A DNA stretch of 64,000 nucleotides, taken from the NCBI GenBank assembly GCA_963755125.1, contig CAVWIP010000016.1:151604-215603 (forward strand), in the 5' to 3' direction. Of this stretch, positions 37,096 through 48,015 are shown piece by piece. Both the position numbers and the translations under genes were made by a program. The notes below the pieces were generated by a model that had not been told where the DNA came from, ran no database searches, and worked only from the letters and a program-made list of their open reading frames with translations. The DNA is from an uncultured delta proteobacterium. GTDB lineage: Bacteria; Myxococcota_A; Polyangia; Fen-1088. The first letter of the stretch is position 1. Each line of letters opens with the position of its first letter.

Positions 37096-38229
37096 TTAGA
37101 GCCTGACAGTGCCGCAGCCCATCAGAACTTCGGCGGACTTGTAAGTTCCGTTCGTGACGTCGGTGCACCACGATCCGTAGAGCTGGATGGAGGTATCGGC
37201 CGATGACGTGTAGTTCCAGCCGTTGGTCTGCGTGGGGTCATACGGCGCACGCAGGTTGCTGTCGCCGTTGAACTCGACAACCACGTTGGTCGGATCCGGA
37301 GGGACCTTGCCCAGATTGAATACGCAACTTGCCACAGCGGTGGCGATGTTGCTGAGAGCAGCGGTCAACTGGTCCGGAGATGTCGCGGGGAAGAAGTCGG
37401 TTGTTCCGCCGGCTGCGGCGAAGCTCGTCAGGTTGCCTGCCGATGGCCCGATGCCGATGACGTACGTCTTGATGCCGGCACTATAAGCAGTCGCGATCGC
37501 CCCGGCGGCGTCCGCGACCGATGCGTCACTGACCGTGGAAGTTGTCCCAGGGTCGCAATTGGGCTGGCCATCCGTGGCAAGGAGAATGAAGTGGGATCTG
37601 CCATCAGTCACCGTCCCGTAATAGGCGACGGCCGCGTTAATGGCGGCAGTGGTCGGAGTCTGGCTTCCCGGGGATGTCCCGGCAATCGCGGCCTGAATTT
37701 GAGCAGCCGTGTTTGGCCCCACCGCGACCTCTACTCCTGGGTTGACCGTGCAGTTCCCTCCCCCTGGCGACGTGAAGAACTTCAAGCCCCACTCGACGCC
37801 GGCCGGTGAGGCCGCGAGAACTTGATTGAGGGCTGTCGTCATCGTGGGCCATCTCGCCGTACAATTGGCTGGAGCATTGGCACCGGTGCAACTGGAGTTG
37901 GAGGCGATGTCGTCGTTCATCGATCCCGAACGGTCAAGAACCAGGAGGAGGTCGGCCGGTTGCTGGGTAAGACTGTTGGTCGTAATGCCGCAGTTGCCGC
38001 CGTCGACGTCGGTGGGGGTCGGGTTGTCGTCAGTGCTGGTGCTAGTAGAACCGCTCGTCGCCAGACTGACGCCGGTCCCGGTCCCTCGCTGCCCGTTCGT
38101 GCTGACTACTGCGCTACTGCCAGGGATCGGAGTGGGGCCCCCGCAGGCGAGGAAAGCGAAGGCTGTCAAGGCAGCCGCTCCGCAAAGCAATACCCAAGTG
38201 GTTCGGCTGAAGATCCGTAACCCGGTCAT
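37096..38229 (-). CDS. vWA-domain Cys-rich lipoprotein (CglB-like architecture)
   Basis: Lipobox FLAC; MIDAS LVLDRSGSM, TPT, LLATDGQPNC, TYVIG; GGAGG RBS. Confidence 0.8.
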   Translation of the reverse strand: MTGLRIFSRTTWVLLCGAAALTAFAFLACGGPTPIPGSSAVVSTNGQRGTGTGVSLATSGSTSTSTDDNPTPTDVDGGNCGITTNSLTQQPADLLLVLDRSGSMNDDIASNSSCTGANAPANCTARWPTMTTALNQVLAASPAGVEWGLKFFTSPGGGNCTVNPGVEVAVGPNTAAQIQAAIAGTSPGSQTPTTAAINAAVAYYGTVTDGRSHFILLATDGQPNCDPGTTSTVSDASVADAAGAIATAYSAGIKTYVIGIGPSAGNLTSFAAAGGTTDFFPATSPDQLTAALSNIATAVASCVFNLGKVPPDPTNVVVEFNGDSNLRAPYDPTQTNGWNYTSSADTSIQLYGSWCTDVTNGTYKSAEVLMGCGTVRL

Positions 38230-38523
38230 GTTGACCTCCTTGAACTTGCGTGCGGTGGATCGGGTCTCCCCGAAAAAACTGACTCGGCCGTTCGAAGACT
38301 CCTAATGGCAATCCCAAACACTCACTGGCGGCGAGAACGCACCAAGCCTACACGTATATAATAGAATACTACGGCATCCTGGAGCGGGCGGCTCTCAAAA
38401 AATGAACCCGCCGCCCCACCCAAGGCCACGCATTCTGATGGATAGCGTCGCCGCAGCATCAGTGATTTAGGCTAGTTAGCGGCACCATCGTTCCTGTCCT
38501 GTGCAAATCTTCCGGTGTGCCAG

Positions 38524-40461
38524 CTAGACCAGTCGAGCGGCCTGGGCCAGTGCGGCCGCGTCCACGCCCTCGCGACCGCGCGCGTCAACATACAAGCGAG
38601 CCACAGCCAAGGCCGGGACCGGCAAGGCCGCGACCATCAACAGGTCGCCGAGAAAGACGCGCAGGAACACCAAGACGCGACGGCTGCTTCCAGGAATAAC
38701 CATGTCAGACAGAGTGAAAGCCACCGCACTCAGCAACGTGGCGGCCAGCGCGACCACGATCACTCGCACAGCGTCCGTCCTGACCAAGGCCACGCTGCGA
38801 AGGAGTGCCGCCTTGCCCGTGCCGCGCTCGAACAGCACCACCATCGGCACGAACAAGAGCAGGACCGCCGCGACCAAGCCGGGCCCGACAAACAGGACGC
38901 TGCCTAGAGCGACCAGCGTAGCCGCGGGCAACAGCGCGGTGATGAAGCGGAAACGACGACTCCACAGCAGGATCCCCACGTCCGTGACAGAGGGCAGCGG
39001 CGAGCCCGCGCGTTGGTCGACCAGTGCCACGGCCATGGTTGCAAAAGCCAGCGGCACCGCCAGACCGAAGAGCAACAAGCCCGTCAGCAGCACGGCTGCG
39101 AACCAGCGTGCAGCCACGGCCAGCGGACTAGGTGTCTCCGCGACTGCTCCTGCGCCAGCGGCATCCTCCGCAGCCACGGACGCCAACGCGGCAAGCTCGG
39201 CCAGTGCACCCTTGTCAACCTTGCCCGCGGCGTGGCTGGCCTGCGCTCGGCGGGCCAACTCCTGCTTGACCTGCGAAAAATCGACCGTCGTGGCCGAGGC
39301 ATCGTGCAGCGGATCCGGTACTGCCGAGCCGGTGACTGCCGCCACCATGCACGACTTCGCCGCAGCCGCAGGAAGCAGCACGATCGCCACGAGCAAGAGC
39401 AGCGGCCTCCATGCCTGTCGGTACAAGGTGAAGGCTTCGGCCAGCAGGCGCAGCGCGGCCACCGCGTCCGCCAAAACCCTCGCCAACCAGGGCAACCGGC
39501 GCAGGGCCATTCCCCCCCGCCCCGGCAAGCTGGCTGCGACCGGCTGGGGCAGGCGCAGGTTGGCCGCGACCGTCACAGCCGGCAAGTCCACCGGGGCCTG
39601 CTCCACCTGAGTGTCGGGGTCGAGTTCGAGCGTCGGAGTCACGCCGCCACCGCCGACGGCTTGCGACGGCACGTGCGAAGACGGCCGAGTGCTGGCACTG
39701 GTCTCCGCCGACGGCAACGGCGCCGCAAACGGCGTGATTGGCGCGTCTGGCTTCGCGCGAACTGGCGCGACTGGATATTCGCAGCTCTCCACGGCGCTCG
39801 ACGGCGAGACGGGCGGCGAGGCCGAGGTTGTCAGGGCGAGACCCTGGGCAGCCGCTGGGCCGTACATCAAGATGGTTCCGCCCGTCTGTCCAGCCTCGCC
39901 AGCAAGAGGTGGCGACGCCGGAACCGCTCGCGTTCCCGGCGGGACATCCGCGCTCGGCGCTGCGACCGGCGCTGACGAAGGCCGCGCAGGACTCTGGGCA
40001 GCCGCTGGGCCGTACATCAAGATGGTTCCGCCCGTCTGTCCAGCCTCGCCAGCAAGAGGTGGCGTCGGCGGAACCGCTCGCGTTGCTGGCGGGACATCCG
40101 CGCTCGGCCTTGCGACCGGCGCTGACGAAGGCTGCGTGATGGCCGGCGGCGATGCGGCCGAACCTGGCTTCGCTGGGTTCGAAGCAGGTATTGCGGGTGG
40201 GCCTGGCTTTGCCGCCGGCGCGGTTGGCGACGACGCCTTGTGCTGGGGCTCCCACGTCGACACCGCGGGTTTGGGAAACCCTGCGGGCATGGGCAGCGAC
40301 GGCGGTGCAGCCAGACCCAGGATGGTCTTGCCCAACGCCGGGTTGTCGATCAACTTTCCCGTCGCAGGACAGGTGCGCGTCTCAGGCCGATGCTGCTTTT
40401 CGCAGTGGGGGCAAGGCTTGGCAACGGGCTTCACGGCGGGGCTCGGCGAATGGGGCACCAT
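38524..40461 (-). CDS. Membrane protein: N-terminal Cys/His zinc-ribbon-like motif, long Pro/Ala linker, C-terminal multi-pass membrane domain
   Basis: CPHCEKQH...CPATG; ~6 C-terminal hydrophobic helices with ALLRS..LV motif; start uncertain (ATG 40461 or GTG 40434). Confidence 0.65.
   Translation of the reverse strand: MVPHSPSPAVKPVAKPCPHCEKQHRPETRTCPATGKLIDNPALGKTILGLAAPPSLPMPAGFPKPAVSTWEPQHKASSPTAPAAKPGPPAIPASNPAKPGSAASPPAITQPSSAPVARPSADVPPATRAVPPTPPLAGEAGQTGGTILMYGPAAAQSPARPSSAPVAAPSADVPPGTRAVPASPPLAGEAGQTGGTILMYGPAAAQGLALTTSASPPVSPSSAVESCEYPVAPVRAKPDAPITPFAAPLPSAETSASTRPSSHVPSQAVGGGGVTPTLELDPDTQVEQAPVDLPAVTVAANLRLPQPVAASLPGRGGMALRRLPWLARVLADAVAALRLLAEAFTLYRQAWRPLLLLVAIVLLPAAAAKSCMVAAVTGSAVPDPLHDASATTVDFSQVKQELARRAQASHAAGKVDKGALAELAALASVAAEDAAGAGAVAETPSPLAVAARWFAAVLLTGLLLFGLAVPLAFATMAVALVDQRAGSPLPSVTDVGILLWSRRFRFITALLPAATLVALGSVLFVGPGLVAAVLLLFVPMVVLFERGTGKAALLRSVALVRTDAVRVIVVALAATLLSAVAFTLSDMVIPGSSRRVLVFLRVFLGDLLMVAALPVPALAVARLYVDARGREGVDAAALAQAARLV
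39844..40132. repeat. In-frame direct duplication, 150-bp period (two ~139-bp copies)
   Basis: 39844-39982 and 39994-40132 nearly identical; encodes SSAPVAxPSADVPPxTRAVPxxPPLAGEAGQTGGTILMYGPAAAQ twice. Confidence 0.9.
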
Positions 40462-40567
40462 TATACCTCGGCCGACACCTCCGCCGATGAAATCCGGCCC
40501 GGATCGTCCAGTGCCTAGCGTGCCGCAGCCTTTGCTGCTTGCGCGGGGGCGTGGCATTCTGTGGCCG

Positions 40568-41638
<1,071 letters not shown>

Positions 41639-41658
41639 GCGCCGGCCGAGAAGATGTC

Positions 41659-42618
41659 GTGAGCGAGGGCATCCCAGCATCAGGAGAGCCAGCCCGGCCA
41701 GGATTGCTGGATCCGACGGATCTGGCGCGGCTGGCGTCGTTGGAACTGCGTGCCCGCACCATCGTCGAGGGCGCGTTTTCCGGCATGCACCGCAATCTGC
41801 ACCCGGGCACGTCGGTGGAATTCACCGAGCACCGGGAATACGCACCGGGCGACGAGATTCGCCGCATCGACTGGAAAGCCGTGGGTCGTGCCGACCGCTA
41901 CTACGTCAAGCGCTTCGAGGACGAGACCGAGATGCACACCTTCCTCGTGCTCGATGCCTCTGCCTCGATGGGCTACCGCCGGCGGGGCGTGTCCAAGCTC
42001 GACTACGCCGGCTATCTGGCGAGCGCGCTGGCCTATCTGGTGGGCCAGCAGGGCGACGCCGCTGGGCTGCTGCTCTTCGACGAGAGCGCGCGCAGCTTTC
42101 TGCCGCCCTCGACCCGGCCGGGACAGATACGCGAGGTATTCCGCCTGTTGCAAGCGGCCCAGCCCGCCGGCCGCACCGATGCGGCGCTCGCCCTCGGCCA
42201 TCTGGGTGAGCTGGTCGACAAACGCAGTCTCATCATTCTCATGTCCGACCTGCTCGACAGCGAGCCGGATGAGCCCGGCGACGAGGTGCGCGGCCCCTTG
42301 CATGGACGCCTGCGCCAGCTGCGCGCGCGCGGACACGACGTGGCGCTGTTCCACCTGCTCGATCCCGACGAAGTGGAGTTGCCCTTTGACGACCTCATCT
42401 TCTTCGAGGGCATGGAGCCGGGGGACACACGCACCCTGCTCGCGCAAGCGCCTGACCTGGCCCAGGCTTTCAAGCGCGAGTCGCAGGCCTTTCGCGATCG
42501 CTGGCGTGCGGCCTGTCTAGAAGCGAGCGTGGAATATCGCTTCGCGCGCACCGACGCGCCACCGGCCGATGTGCTGCGGGCCTTTCTGGCTGACCGTCAG
42601 CGCGGCGTGAGGCTGTAG
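41659..42618 (+). CDS. DUF58 domain protein (MoxR-associated vWA-like)
   Basis: G.SVEF.EHREY.PGDEIRRIDWK, YVKRFEDE, LDASASM. Confidence 0.92.
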   Translation: MSEGIPASGEPARPGLLDPTDLARLASLELRARTIVEGAFSGMHRNLHPGTSVEFTEHREYAPGDEIRRIDWKAVGRADRYYVKRFEDETEMHTFLVLDASASMGYRRRGVSKLDYAGYLASALAYLVGQQGDAAGLLLFDESARSFLPPSTRPGQIREVFRLLQAAQPAGRTDAALALGHLGELVDKRSLIILMSDLLDSEPDEPGDEVRGPLHGRLRQLRARGHDVALFHLLDPDEVELPFDDLIFFEGMEPGDTRTLLAQAPDLAQAFKRESQAFRDRWRAACLEASVEYRFARTDAPPADVLRAFLADRQRGVRL

Positions 42619-44736
42619 ATGCATTTTCTGGCGCCCTCCCTCCTCCTCGGTCTGCTGGCTGCCATCCTGCCCTGGCTGGTGCATCTCATCGGCAAGCGGC
42701 GAGCGCTGCCGGTGCGCTTCGCGGCCATGCAACTGCTGCTGCGCTCCGAGCGGCGCATCTCGGCGCGGCGCCGGTTGCGCCAGATCTTGCTGCTGGTGGT
42801 GCGCACCGGCGTGGCCGCGGCCCTGCCGCTCATCTTCGCCCGCCCGTTTGCCGAGCGCACGACCGACCTGCCGGTGGCCAGCCTGGATCCGCAGAGCGGG
42901 GTCATCGTGCTCGACGATTCCGCCAGCATGAGCCGCAGCGCCGGCCTGTCGACCATGTTCGAGCGCGCCCGTGACCGCGCGCGCGCGTTGCTGCGCCAGT
43001 TTCCCTCGGACGTGGACCTGGCCTTGCTTCTCGCTTCCGCCGGCTCCAGCCCGAAAATCAGCGAGCTTTCCCCCGAGCGAGCGCGCGTGCTCGAGGCGCT
43101 GGAGAGCACCGCCTGCTCTGCGCGGCCGGCTGACTTTGCCAGCGCTCTGCGAAACGCATCGCTCATTCTCGCGGGCTCTGCGCATGCCAAGCGCCGCATC
43201 TATCTGTTCACCGATCTGCAGGCCGCGGGGTGGGAGGCCGGCACGGGCCTGCCTGGGCAGGGCGCTCCCGAGGTCATCATCGACGACGTGTCGGGTGCAG
43301 CCCCGTGGGGAAACCGGGCCGTGCTGGACGTCGGGGTTGTGGCTGCGCCAGAGATGGGAACCGGCGGGATCGCGGTGGACGCCGAGTTGGCGGATTTCTC
43401 CGCAGCCGGGACGCGCGGGCTGGGTGTTGCCTTGAAAGTGGATGGGGTGTCGGTGGCCAAGGGTTTTGTCGACCTGGCGCCGGGCGCGCGCGGCCACAAG
43501 CGCTTCCTGCACCGACTGACCGGCGAGGGCAGCGGCGCGCACGACGTGGAGGTGGAGATCGATGGGGACGCTTTCCGCATGGACGATCACCGCTTGGCCC
43601 ATGTGGAGTTGTCACGCACCATGAATGTTCTCATCGTCAACGGCGACCCGCGCAGCGCGCGTAACGAGGATGAGCCGTTCTTCTTCGCGGCCGCGCTTCG
43701 CAATGGCCTTCCCGGCGCAGCGGTGACCATCAAGCTGCCCGAGGACTTCTCACCCGAAACCCTGGGCGACACGACGTTGGTCGCCCTGCTGAACCTGGCG
43801 CAGCCCTCGCAGGCCCTGGCCGCTGCCCTGACGCGATTCGTGTCAGCGGGTGGTGGCCTCTTCATCTCGGTCGGCGATCGCGTGGACACCACGGTATGGA
43901 ACGAACGCGTGGCCAAGCTGCTGCCGCAGCCGCTGGGACTGCCGCGCACGGCCTCGGCCCTGCCCGGCCAGCACTCGGGCGAAATCGTCGATGATCGACC
44001 GGCCGAACGTTTGGCGCCCATCGATCGCAACCATCCCCTGCTGGCGAATTTCCCCGAGCACGGCGAAGGTCTGGTGTCAGCTCGCTTCTTCAAGTACATG
44101 CTGCTCGACCCCGCGCCCGAGAGCCCGGATCGCAGCGTGATCTTGCGCTACGAAAGCGGCGCTCCGGCTCTAGTGGAGAAGCAAGTCGGCAAGGGCCGCG
44201 TGATGTTGTTGTCCACCACCGTGGACCGCGAGTGGACCGATTTGCCCATACGCACTGGCTTTCTCCCGCTGGTGCGTGAGGCTGCGCGCCGCTTGGTGGG
44301 AGTAACCGGCGACGACGAGGCCGCCTCGCTACGAGCCGGCGAGGCGCGTTCCTTGGTCTTCTCGGGCGACGAGCAGCGCCTGGAGGTGTCCCGGCCCGAC
44401 GGCTCGGTATGGGTCGCGCGGCGCGAACAGGCCAACACGTCCCACAGCGTTCTCTATGGCGAAACCGACCGTCTGGGGACTTACCACGTGCGCGCGGTCG
44501 GGGCCGACGGCGCAGTCACGGCTCGCCCTGAACGGGACTTCGTGGTCAACCTGGACACCCGCGAGTCCAACCCCGCGCGCCTCGACCCGTCTCTTCGGCC
44601 CGATCACATCGCGGCGGCATCCCCCGGCGCCAGGCCGCCCAAGCACCGGGTGGAACTATGGCACACGCTGGCCGCGCTCATGATCGGCCTGCTACTTTGT
44701 GAATCACTGCTGACCCTGCGCAAGCGCAGGGCCTAG
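42619..44736 (+). CDS. BatA-domain / vWA membrane protein
   Basis: M.FL.P..L.GL....P.L.HL, DDSASM, FTDLQ, C-terminal ES motif and TM helix. Confidence 0.85.
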   Translation: MHFLAPSLLLGLLAAILPWLVHLIGKRRALPVRFAAMQLLLRSERRISARRRLRQILLLVVRTGVAAALPLIFARPFAERTTDLPVASLDPQSGVIVLDDSASMSRSAGLSTMFERARDRARALLRQFPSDVDLALLLASAGSSPKISELSPERARVLEALESTACSARPADFASALRNASLILAGSAHAKRRIYLFTDLQAAGWEAGTGLPGQGAPEVIIDDVSGAAPWGNRAVLDVGVVAAPEMGTGGIAVDAELADFSAAGTRGLGVALKVDGVSVAKGFVDLAPGARGHKRFLHRLTGEGSGAHDVEVEIDGDAFRMDDHRLAHVELSRTMNVLIVNGDPRSARNEDEPFFFAAALRNGLPGAAVTIKLPEDFSPETLGDTTLVALLNLAQPSQALAAALTRFVSAGGGLFISVGDRVDTTVWNERVAKLLPQPLGLPRTASALPGQHSGEIVDDRPAERLAPIDRNHPLLANFPEHGEGLVSARFFKYMLLDPAPESPDRSVILRYESGAPALVEKQVGKGRVMLLSTTVDREWTDLPIRTGFLPLVREAARRLVGVTGDDEAASLRAGEARSLVFSGDEQRLEVSRPDGSVWVARREQANTSHSVLYGETDRLGTYHVRAVGADGAVTARPERDFVVNLDTRESNPARLDPSLRPDHIAAASPGARPPKHRVELWHTLAALMIGLLLCESLLTLRKRRA

Positions 44737-44899
44737 CGTGACCGCGGACCAGCCTATTGACCCTTGACCACACGCTTGAGTCGCTGCCCGGTAATTAGTA
44801 AATTCCCCTAACCAATGGCCCATGCAGCAAAATCTGCCGCCCCGTGCCCCCGCGGCACCATAGGCCAGCAGCCTCTGCAGCCGGCCAGAACACCCGCGC

Positions 44900-47077
44900 A
44901 TGCCTGAACCCTCACCCGCCTATCCCTTTCTTGATCCCGACCTTCCCCTTGACGAACGCGTCCAGGATCTGATTTCGCGACTGACGCTCGGGGAAAAGGT
45001 CCATCAGATGCTGCACGCGGCGCCGGCGATTCCGCGCCTGGGCGTGCCCGCCTACAACTGGTGGAACGAAGGGCTGCACGGGGTGGCGCGGGCCGGAATT
45101 GCCACGGTCTTTCCCCAGGCCGTCGGTTTGGCCGCCATGTGGGATGCCCAGCGACTGCACACGGTGGCGGTGGCCATCGCCGACGAGGCGCGCGCCAAGC
45201 ACCACGAGTATGCCCGCCAGGGCGACCGCGGCCTGTACAAGGGACTCACGCTGTGGGCTCCCAACGTTAACATCTTTCGCGACCCTCGCTGGGGACGCGG
45301 GCACGAAACCTACGGCGAATGTCCGTTTCTCACCTCGCGCCTGGCGGTGGCCTACTGCCGCGGCCTGCAGGGCGACCATCCCCGGTACTTGAAGACGGTG
45401 GCGACGCCCAAGCACTTCGCAGTCCACAGCGGTCCCGAGGGCCTGCGCCACGGTTTCGACGCCGTGGTCAGCCAGAAAGATCTACGCGAAACCTACCTTC
45501 CGGCTTTCCACGCATGTATCACCGAGGCCAGAGCCGAAAGCATCATGGCGGCGTACAACCGCACCAACGGCGAGCCCTGCTGCGGCAGCCCCACCCTCCT
45601 GCGCCGGATCTTGCGCGAGGAATGGGGTTTCTCTGGTTTCGTGGTGAGCGACTGCTGGGCCATCCAGGACTTCCACCAGAGCCACAGGGTGACCAACAGC
45701 TTCGAGGAATCGGCGGCGCTGGCGGTACACTCGGGCTGCGACCTCAACTGCGGCTGCGCCTACGGCTACATCCCGGCTGCGGTGGCCGCTGGGCTTTTGC
45801 GCGAGGAGGATCTCGACGCATGCCTGCGCAGGCTGTTCCGCGCCCGCATGCGCCTGGGAATGTTCGACCCGGCCGAGCGTGTGCCCTACGCGTCCATTCC
45901 CTATGAGACCAACGACTGCGATCAACACCGAGCCTTGGCCCGCGCCGCGGCCTCGGCGTCCATGGTCTTGCTCAAGAACGACCGCGGGCTCCTGCCGCTG
46001 CGCAAGGATCTACGCAACATCGCGGTCATCGGTCCCAACGCCTACGACCATCAAGTCCTTTGCGCCAACTACTGCGGAACTCCGTCGCGTGCGGTGACGC
46101 CGCTGGAGGGAATCCGCGCTGCGGTCTCGGCGCAAACCAAGGTTTGGTACTCCCCTGGGTGCAAGCGACAGGGGACCGCGACTGACGGCTTGGACTGCGC
46201 CGGACACCTGGCTGAAGCCGTCAGCGTCGCCGAGCGGGCCGACGCTGTCGTGCTGTGCCTGGGCCTGTCCGCCGAGATAGAGGGCGAGCAAGGCGATGCC
46301 AGCAACTCGGACGCAGCCGGGGACAAGGTGGATCTCGATCTGCCCGGCTTGCAGCCGCGTCTGCTGGAAAGCATCGTGGCCCTGGGCAAGCCCACGGTGC
46401 TGGTGGTCATCTCGGGCAGCGCGCTCGATCTTGGCTGGGGCCACGATCATGTAGACGCCATCATCCAGGCCTTCTATCCCGGCGAGGAAGGCGGCAGCGC
46501 CCTGGCCGACATCCTCTTCGGTGACGTCAATCCGGCTGGCCGCCTTCCCATCACTTTTCCGCGCTCGCTGGCGGACGTTCCCGACTTCAAGGATTACAGC
46601 ATGAAGGGGCGCACCTACCGGTATCTGGAAAAGCCCCCGCTCTATCCCTTTGGCTACGGACTTTCCTACACGCGCTTTGACTATCAGGACATCGCGATAT
46701 CGCCGACGCCAGTTCCAGCCGGCGCCAGCGCATCCGTGTCAGCCACGGTCAAGAACACGGGCAACCAGCCGGGCGACGAGGTGGTACAACTCTACCTGGC
46801 GGACCTGCAAGCTTCCTGTCGCGTACCCCATCACAGCCTGCGCGGCTTTGCGCGTGTGCATCTTCTGCCGGGCGAGGCCCGCCGCATTTCTTTCGAGCTT
46901 TCTCCTCGTGATTTGTCGCTCATCGACGAGCGCGGCCACCGCGTGCTGGAGCCTGGCCGTTTCCGCGTCAGCGTGGGCGGCAGCCAGCCCGATCCGCGCA
47001 GCCAGGAGTTGACTGGACAAACCCCGGCGTCCGTCGAGTTCGACGTTGCCGGCGCCACTCTCGAATTGCCGTACTAG
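44900..47077 (+). CDS. Glycoside hydrolase family 3 (beta-xylosidase/beta-glucosidase) with Fn3-like C-terminus
   Basis: WWNEGLHGVA, NIFRDPRWGRGHETYGE, KHFAVHSGPE, VSDC nucleophile, VLLKN, PFGYGLSYT, GDEVVQLY. Confidence 0.93.
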   Translation: MPEPSPAYPFLDPDLPLDERVQDLISRLTLGEKVHQMLHAAPAIPRLGVPAYNWWNEGLHGVARAGIATVFPQAVGLAAMWDAQRLHTVAVAIADEARAKHHEYARQGDRGLYKGLTLWAPNVNIFRDPRWGRGHETYGECPFLTSRLAVAYCRGLQGDHPRYLKTVATPKHFAVHSGPEGLRHGFDAVVSQKDLRETYLPAFHACITEARAESIMAAYNRTNGEPCCGSPTLLRRILREEWGFSGFVVSDCWAIQDFHQSHRVTNSFEESAALAVHSGCDLNCGCAYGYIPAAVAAGLLREEDLDACLRRLFRARMRLGMFDPAERVPYASIPYETNDCDQHRALARAAASASMVLLKNDRGLLPLRKDLRNIAVIGPNAYDHQVLCANYCGTPSRAVTPLEGIRAAVSAQTKVWYSPGCKRQGTATDGLDCAGHLAEAVSVAERADAVVLCLGLSAEIEGEQGDASNSDAAGDKVDLDLPGLQPRLLESIVALGKPTVLVVISGSALDLGWGHDHVDAIIQAFYPGEEGGSALADILFGDVNPAGRLPITFPRSLADVPDFKDYSMKGRTYRYLEKPPLYPFGYGLSYTRFDYQDIAISPTPVPAGASASVSATVKNTGNQPGDEVVQLYLADLQASCRVPHHSLRGFARVHLLPGEARRISFELSPRDLSLIDERGHRVLEPGRFRVSVGGSQPDPRSQELTGQTPASVEFDVAGATLELPY

Positions 47078-47304
47078 CTCGCCTGCCCTTGTCCGACTGT
47101 CCTCCGCCCGTGCCGGGAAGGCTGAAAGGACCGCAGGGGCGTGGGCTGTGAAACCCAGGTAGGTACATGTCCCACCCAAGACGCGGAATGGCGCCGCGAA
47201 ATCTCTGCCCCACCCCGCGAAATTGGAACCGATCCTCTGAAACAAGGGACGGGCGGCGTACTCCAATCCAACGGCATGAAGAGGGGAAAAGGCAGGCGAG
47301 GCTA
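47075..47304. other. Candidate structured ncRNA or MITE-like element with nested inverted repeats
   Basis: ctcgcctgcc (47078) / ggcaggcgag (47291); ccgcccgt (47104) / acgggcgg (47249); further internal complementarity. Confidence 0.35.
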
Positions 47305-47411
47305 AGTTTTTGCCAACGCCTGCCGATGTCAGAAAATCGGGAGGGCGAATTGCTGTACACGAGTCAACCCAACCGTGCCCGCACAAACGCTGGCAGCCTC
47401 GGAGCTTCACC

Positions 47412-47888
47412 ATGAGCGACGCCATACCGCACATCCGCGTGGTCGCTGCCGTAATCGAGCAGCAAGGACGATATCTCATTACTCAACGGCGATCGACGGC
47501 TGTACTCGCCGGACTTTGGGAATTCCCAAGCGGCAAGGTCGAGACGGGCGAGACCGACGAGGCTGCTCTCCGACGAGAGCTGCGCGAGCGCGTCGGCGTC
47601 GACGTGGATGTGGGCGCCTCGACTGCCCGCCGAACCCACCGCTACGATGGCTATGTCGTGGATCTGGTTCTGTATCAGGCTAGTATCGCGGCCAACCAGG
47701 AACCACGCCCGGTTCGGGTTGCCGACGTTCGCTGGGTGGCGCCACCCGAGCTAGAGAACTACGCTTTTCCTCCGGCTGACCAGGCCACCACCGACCTGCT
47801 CCTCGGGATCAACCGCGACACCTGTTTGTTCAAATCAGTGCCGGTGAGAACCCCTCGCGCGAAAATGCTGCAGCCGCAGACGCACTAG
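47412..47888 (+). CDS. Nudix hydrolase, MutT/NudG-like
   Basis: VVAAVI, LWEFPSGKVETGETDEAALRRELRE Nudix box, FPPAD; GGAG RBS. Confidence 0.88.
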   Translation: MSDAIPHIRVVAAVIEQQGRYLITQRRSTAVLAGLWEFPSGKVETGETDEAALRRELRERVGVDVDVGASTARRTHRYDGYVVDLVLYQASIAANQEPRPVRVADVRWVAPPELENYAFPPADQATTDLLLGINRDTCLFKSVPVRTPRAKMLQPQTH

Positions 47889-47957
47889 AACATCTTGCGT
47901 GGGCGGTGCCCAGAGCGCAGGGGTTCGTCTGCCGATTGGCCACGCCAATCTGCTTGG

Positions 47958-47987
47958 TTGAAACGCAGCCTCAAAGAGAGGTACAAT
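47958..47987 (+). promoter_or_regulatory. Putative sigma-70 promoter of the LamG lipoprotein gene
   Basis: TTGAAA-N18-TACAAT, 28 bp before ATG 48016. Confidence 0.5.
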
Positions 47988-48015
47988 CTCTCTGGCGCTA
48001 TGTAGGGTTGTCCCC

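Noticed and set aside
39611..40567. Long N-terminal extension of MoxR
   Set aside because: It is the antisense of the Pro-rich linker of the divergent gene; MoxR homology starts after ATG 40568
47075..47304. Retron msr-msd interpretation of the inverted-repeat element
   Set aside because: No reverse transcriptase in the window and no long perfect msd stem
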